Below are positions 62,467-64,000 of a DNA stretch of 64,000 nucleotides, piece by piece. The DNA comes from a phage. The notes under the pieces were generated by a model. The model was not told where the DNA came from. It was given only the letters and a program-made list of their open reading frames with translations, and did not search any database. The stretch is from NCBI GenBank assembly GCA_032691205.1, contig GCA_032691205.1_4541.1; one strand, given 5' to 3'. The position numbers were made by a program, and so were the translations under genes. Within the stretch, counting starts at the first letter, position 1. Every line of letters starts with the position of its first letter.

Positions 62467-62940
62467 ATGCTTAAAATGAAAACAGGTAATCTTATTGATG
62501 CCGCTAAAGCAGGTGAAGTAACTGTTATTGCTCATTGTTGCAATTGTATGTGTAATATGGGAGCAGGAATTGCTCCGCAAATTAAACGAGCATTCCCTTA
62601 TGCATATGCGGCAGATTTAGACACAATGGCTGGTGATCAAAGTAAGTTAGGTTCTTTTAGTTTAGGGGTGCCAGACGAACAATCAGACCCTTTGGTATAT
62701 AATCTATACGGGCAATACCGTTACGGATACAATGCTAAAGGTCGTCAGTTGGACTATGATGCACTTTACGATGCACTAATAGCTATGGCTAATGATTTGC
62801 TTCTCCGTGACCAAAAATGTAAGATAGGTTTACCTATGATTGGAGCGGGACATGCCGGAGGTAATTGGGCTATCATCCAAGTGATGATTGAAGAAACTTT
62901 AGTAAAAACAGGTCACGATGTGACTATTTATAAACTTTAA
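62467..62940 (+). CDS. macro domain protein (ADP-ribose binding/processing)
   Basis: Start ATG 62467 after AAGGAG; VIAHCCNCMCNMGAGIA and GLPMIGAGHAGG. Confidence 0.7.
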   Translation: MLKMKTGNLIDAAKAGEVTVIAHCCNCMCNMGAGIAPQIKRAFPYAYAADLDTMAGDQSKLGSFSLGVPDEQSDPLVYNLYGQYRYGYNAKGRQLDYDALYDALIAMANDLLLRDQKCKIGLPMIGAGHAGGNWAIIQVMIEETLVKTGHDVTIYKL

Positions 62941-62952
62941 GAGGAGATTAGT

Positions 62953-63174
62953 ATGGGTGTTTTTGCAGGTATTGTTGCAGTGGTAAGCTTTTTTGTTATT
63001 GCTTTTATGCTTAGTTTGATTCCAGCTTGGTTACTGTTGCTGGCTTACAACTATGTTGCTGAAGTTATGGGTCATGCAGATATCACTGTCCCAGTAACCT
63101 TCTGGACCGTGGTTTGTGTTTCGTTTATTTTGGCGGTATTACGAGGAATCTTTTCCTCTCATTCAACAAAATAA
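62953..63174 (+). CDS. small membrane protein (73 aa, two TM)
   Basis: ORF track; RBS AAGAGGAG. Confidence 0.55.
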   Translation: MGVFAGIVAVVSFFVIAFMLSLIPAWLLLLAYNYVAEVMGHADITVPVTFWTVVCVSFILAVLRGIFSSHSTK

Positions 63175-63177
63175 GTG

Positions 63178-63236
63178 TTGACATAGTTCTTAAAAAGAGT
63201 AAGATATATCACATGAAGCGGGGAATAGTTCCCCGC
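63178..63236 (+). promoter_or_regulatory. PeSL-like cassette on plus strand: TTGACA N16 TAAGAT + stem-loop gcggggaatagttccccgc
   Basis: Hairpin 63218-63236 is the same family as the minus-strand cassettes (reverse complement of gcgggaactattcccgc type). Confidence 0.55.
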
Positions 63237-63252
63237 AAAGAGAGGAGAAAAG

Positions 63253-64000
63253 AATGCAACTCGGTTTCCCAATTATTGATGTAGTTGTTTTAGTTGGTAT
63301 TTTAGCATTGTCTATTGGTATCGATTTCTTTGGTCATAAAGAGAATAAAGAAATTGGAATTAAATCTGCTTTGCTTTGGTCTGTTTTTTGGATTGCTTTA
63401 GCTTTAGGGTATTACGCATTCATTTGGGTAGAACATGGTAAAGAGTTTGCCGCGCTTTTCCTAAGTGGCTATGTGTTGGAAAAGAGTCTTTCTGTAGATA
63501 ACCTAATGGTGTTCATGGCAATTTTTGCAAGCTTTGGAATTAAGAGCACACATCTCCAACATAAGATTCTACTTTGGGGGATTGCAGGAGCCATTGTCTT
63601 CCGAGGTATTTTTGTTGCAGCAGGGACCGCTTTGTTTAACCTTCATTGGTCGGTCCAAGTGTTGTTCGGTTTGATTGTAGCTTGGTCTGCCGTGGCTATC
63701 ATCAAAGGTGGTGACGAAGAAGAGGATATTGATTACTCTAAACATTGGGCTGTTCGTTTAGTAGGTAAAGTTCTGCCTGTGCACAATGCACTGGATGGTG
63801 AAAAGTTCATCACCATTAAGAATGGTATTAAATATGCAACTCCTGCTCTTCTTTGTGTGTTTGTTATTGAGCTTACAGATATTGTCTTCTCTTTTGATTC
63901 AGTTCCGGCTGTGATCGGTGTGACACAAGAACCTCTGCTAGTTTATTCTGCAATGCTGATGGCTGTTCTTGGTTTACGTGCACTTTTCTTTGTGTTAAGT
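63253..64000 (+). CDS. TerC-family integral membrane protein (partial, runs off window end)
   Basis: Own translation from ATG 63253 (RBS AGAGGAGAA): multiple TM helices; not in ORF track because no stop. Confidence 0.6.

Noticed and set aside
1-64000. Integrated prophage or bacterial chromosome context
   Set aside because: No integrase, attachment-site repeats, tRNA or host housekeeping genes were seen; gene density, strand blocks, nrdD intron and promoter cassettes fit a lytic T4-like phage genome.

Overview
This window reads as a dense, AT-rich phage genome segment of T4-like (Tevenvirinae-type) architecture. The call rests on an anaerobic ribonucleotide reductase gene (nrdD) interrupted by a group I intron carrying an HNH homing endonuclease, followed by nrdG; on blocks of short co-oriented genes with overlapping stop/start codons; and on an array of promoter-plus-stem-loop cassettes. 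Strand blocks: plus 1-9200, minus 9238-38750, a convergent gap 39115-39921, minus 39922-46674, plus 46789-64000. Most products are small hypothetical proteins. Motif-level calls (none confirmed by search) include a PPP-type metallophosphatase, a SLOG/DprA-like protein, a SIR2-like protein without a zinc ribbon, a C5-methyltransferase-like protein, a small serine recombinase, a NADAR/YbiA-like protein, a P-loop ATPase, a zinc-ribbon-repeat protein, an HNH nuclease, a UvrD-like helicase carrying a 346-aa intein, and a HAD-like / PRTase-like / macro-domain gene run ending in a partial TerC-like gene. The most striking features are: (1) about 20 tandem cassettes at 28.6-38.8 kb, each a TTGACA-type promoter plus a conserved GC-rich stem-loop ahead of a tiny gene; (2) a dispersed set of NAD+/ADP-ribose-associated domains that together look like a counter-defence toolkit; (3) two long noncoding regions (26.6-28.2 kb and 39.1-39.9 kb) with Fur-box-like palindromes, strong strand skew, direct repeats and a promoter-driven GC-rich candidate RNA; (4) several paralogous small-protein families. 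All coordinates and motifs were read by eye from the sequence and the ORF track; family names are inferences from remembered motifs. Where the track start looked wrong I moved it to an in-frame ATG/GTG/TTG with a Shine-Dalgarno, and I added several ORFs under 60 aa that the track omits.
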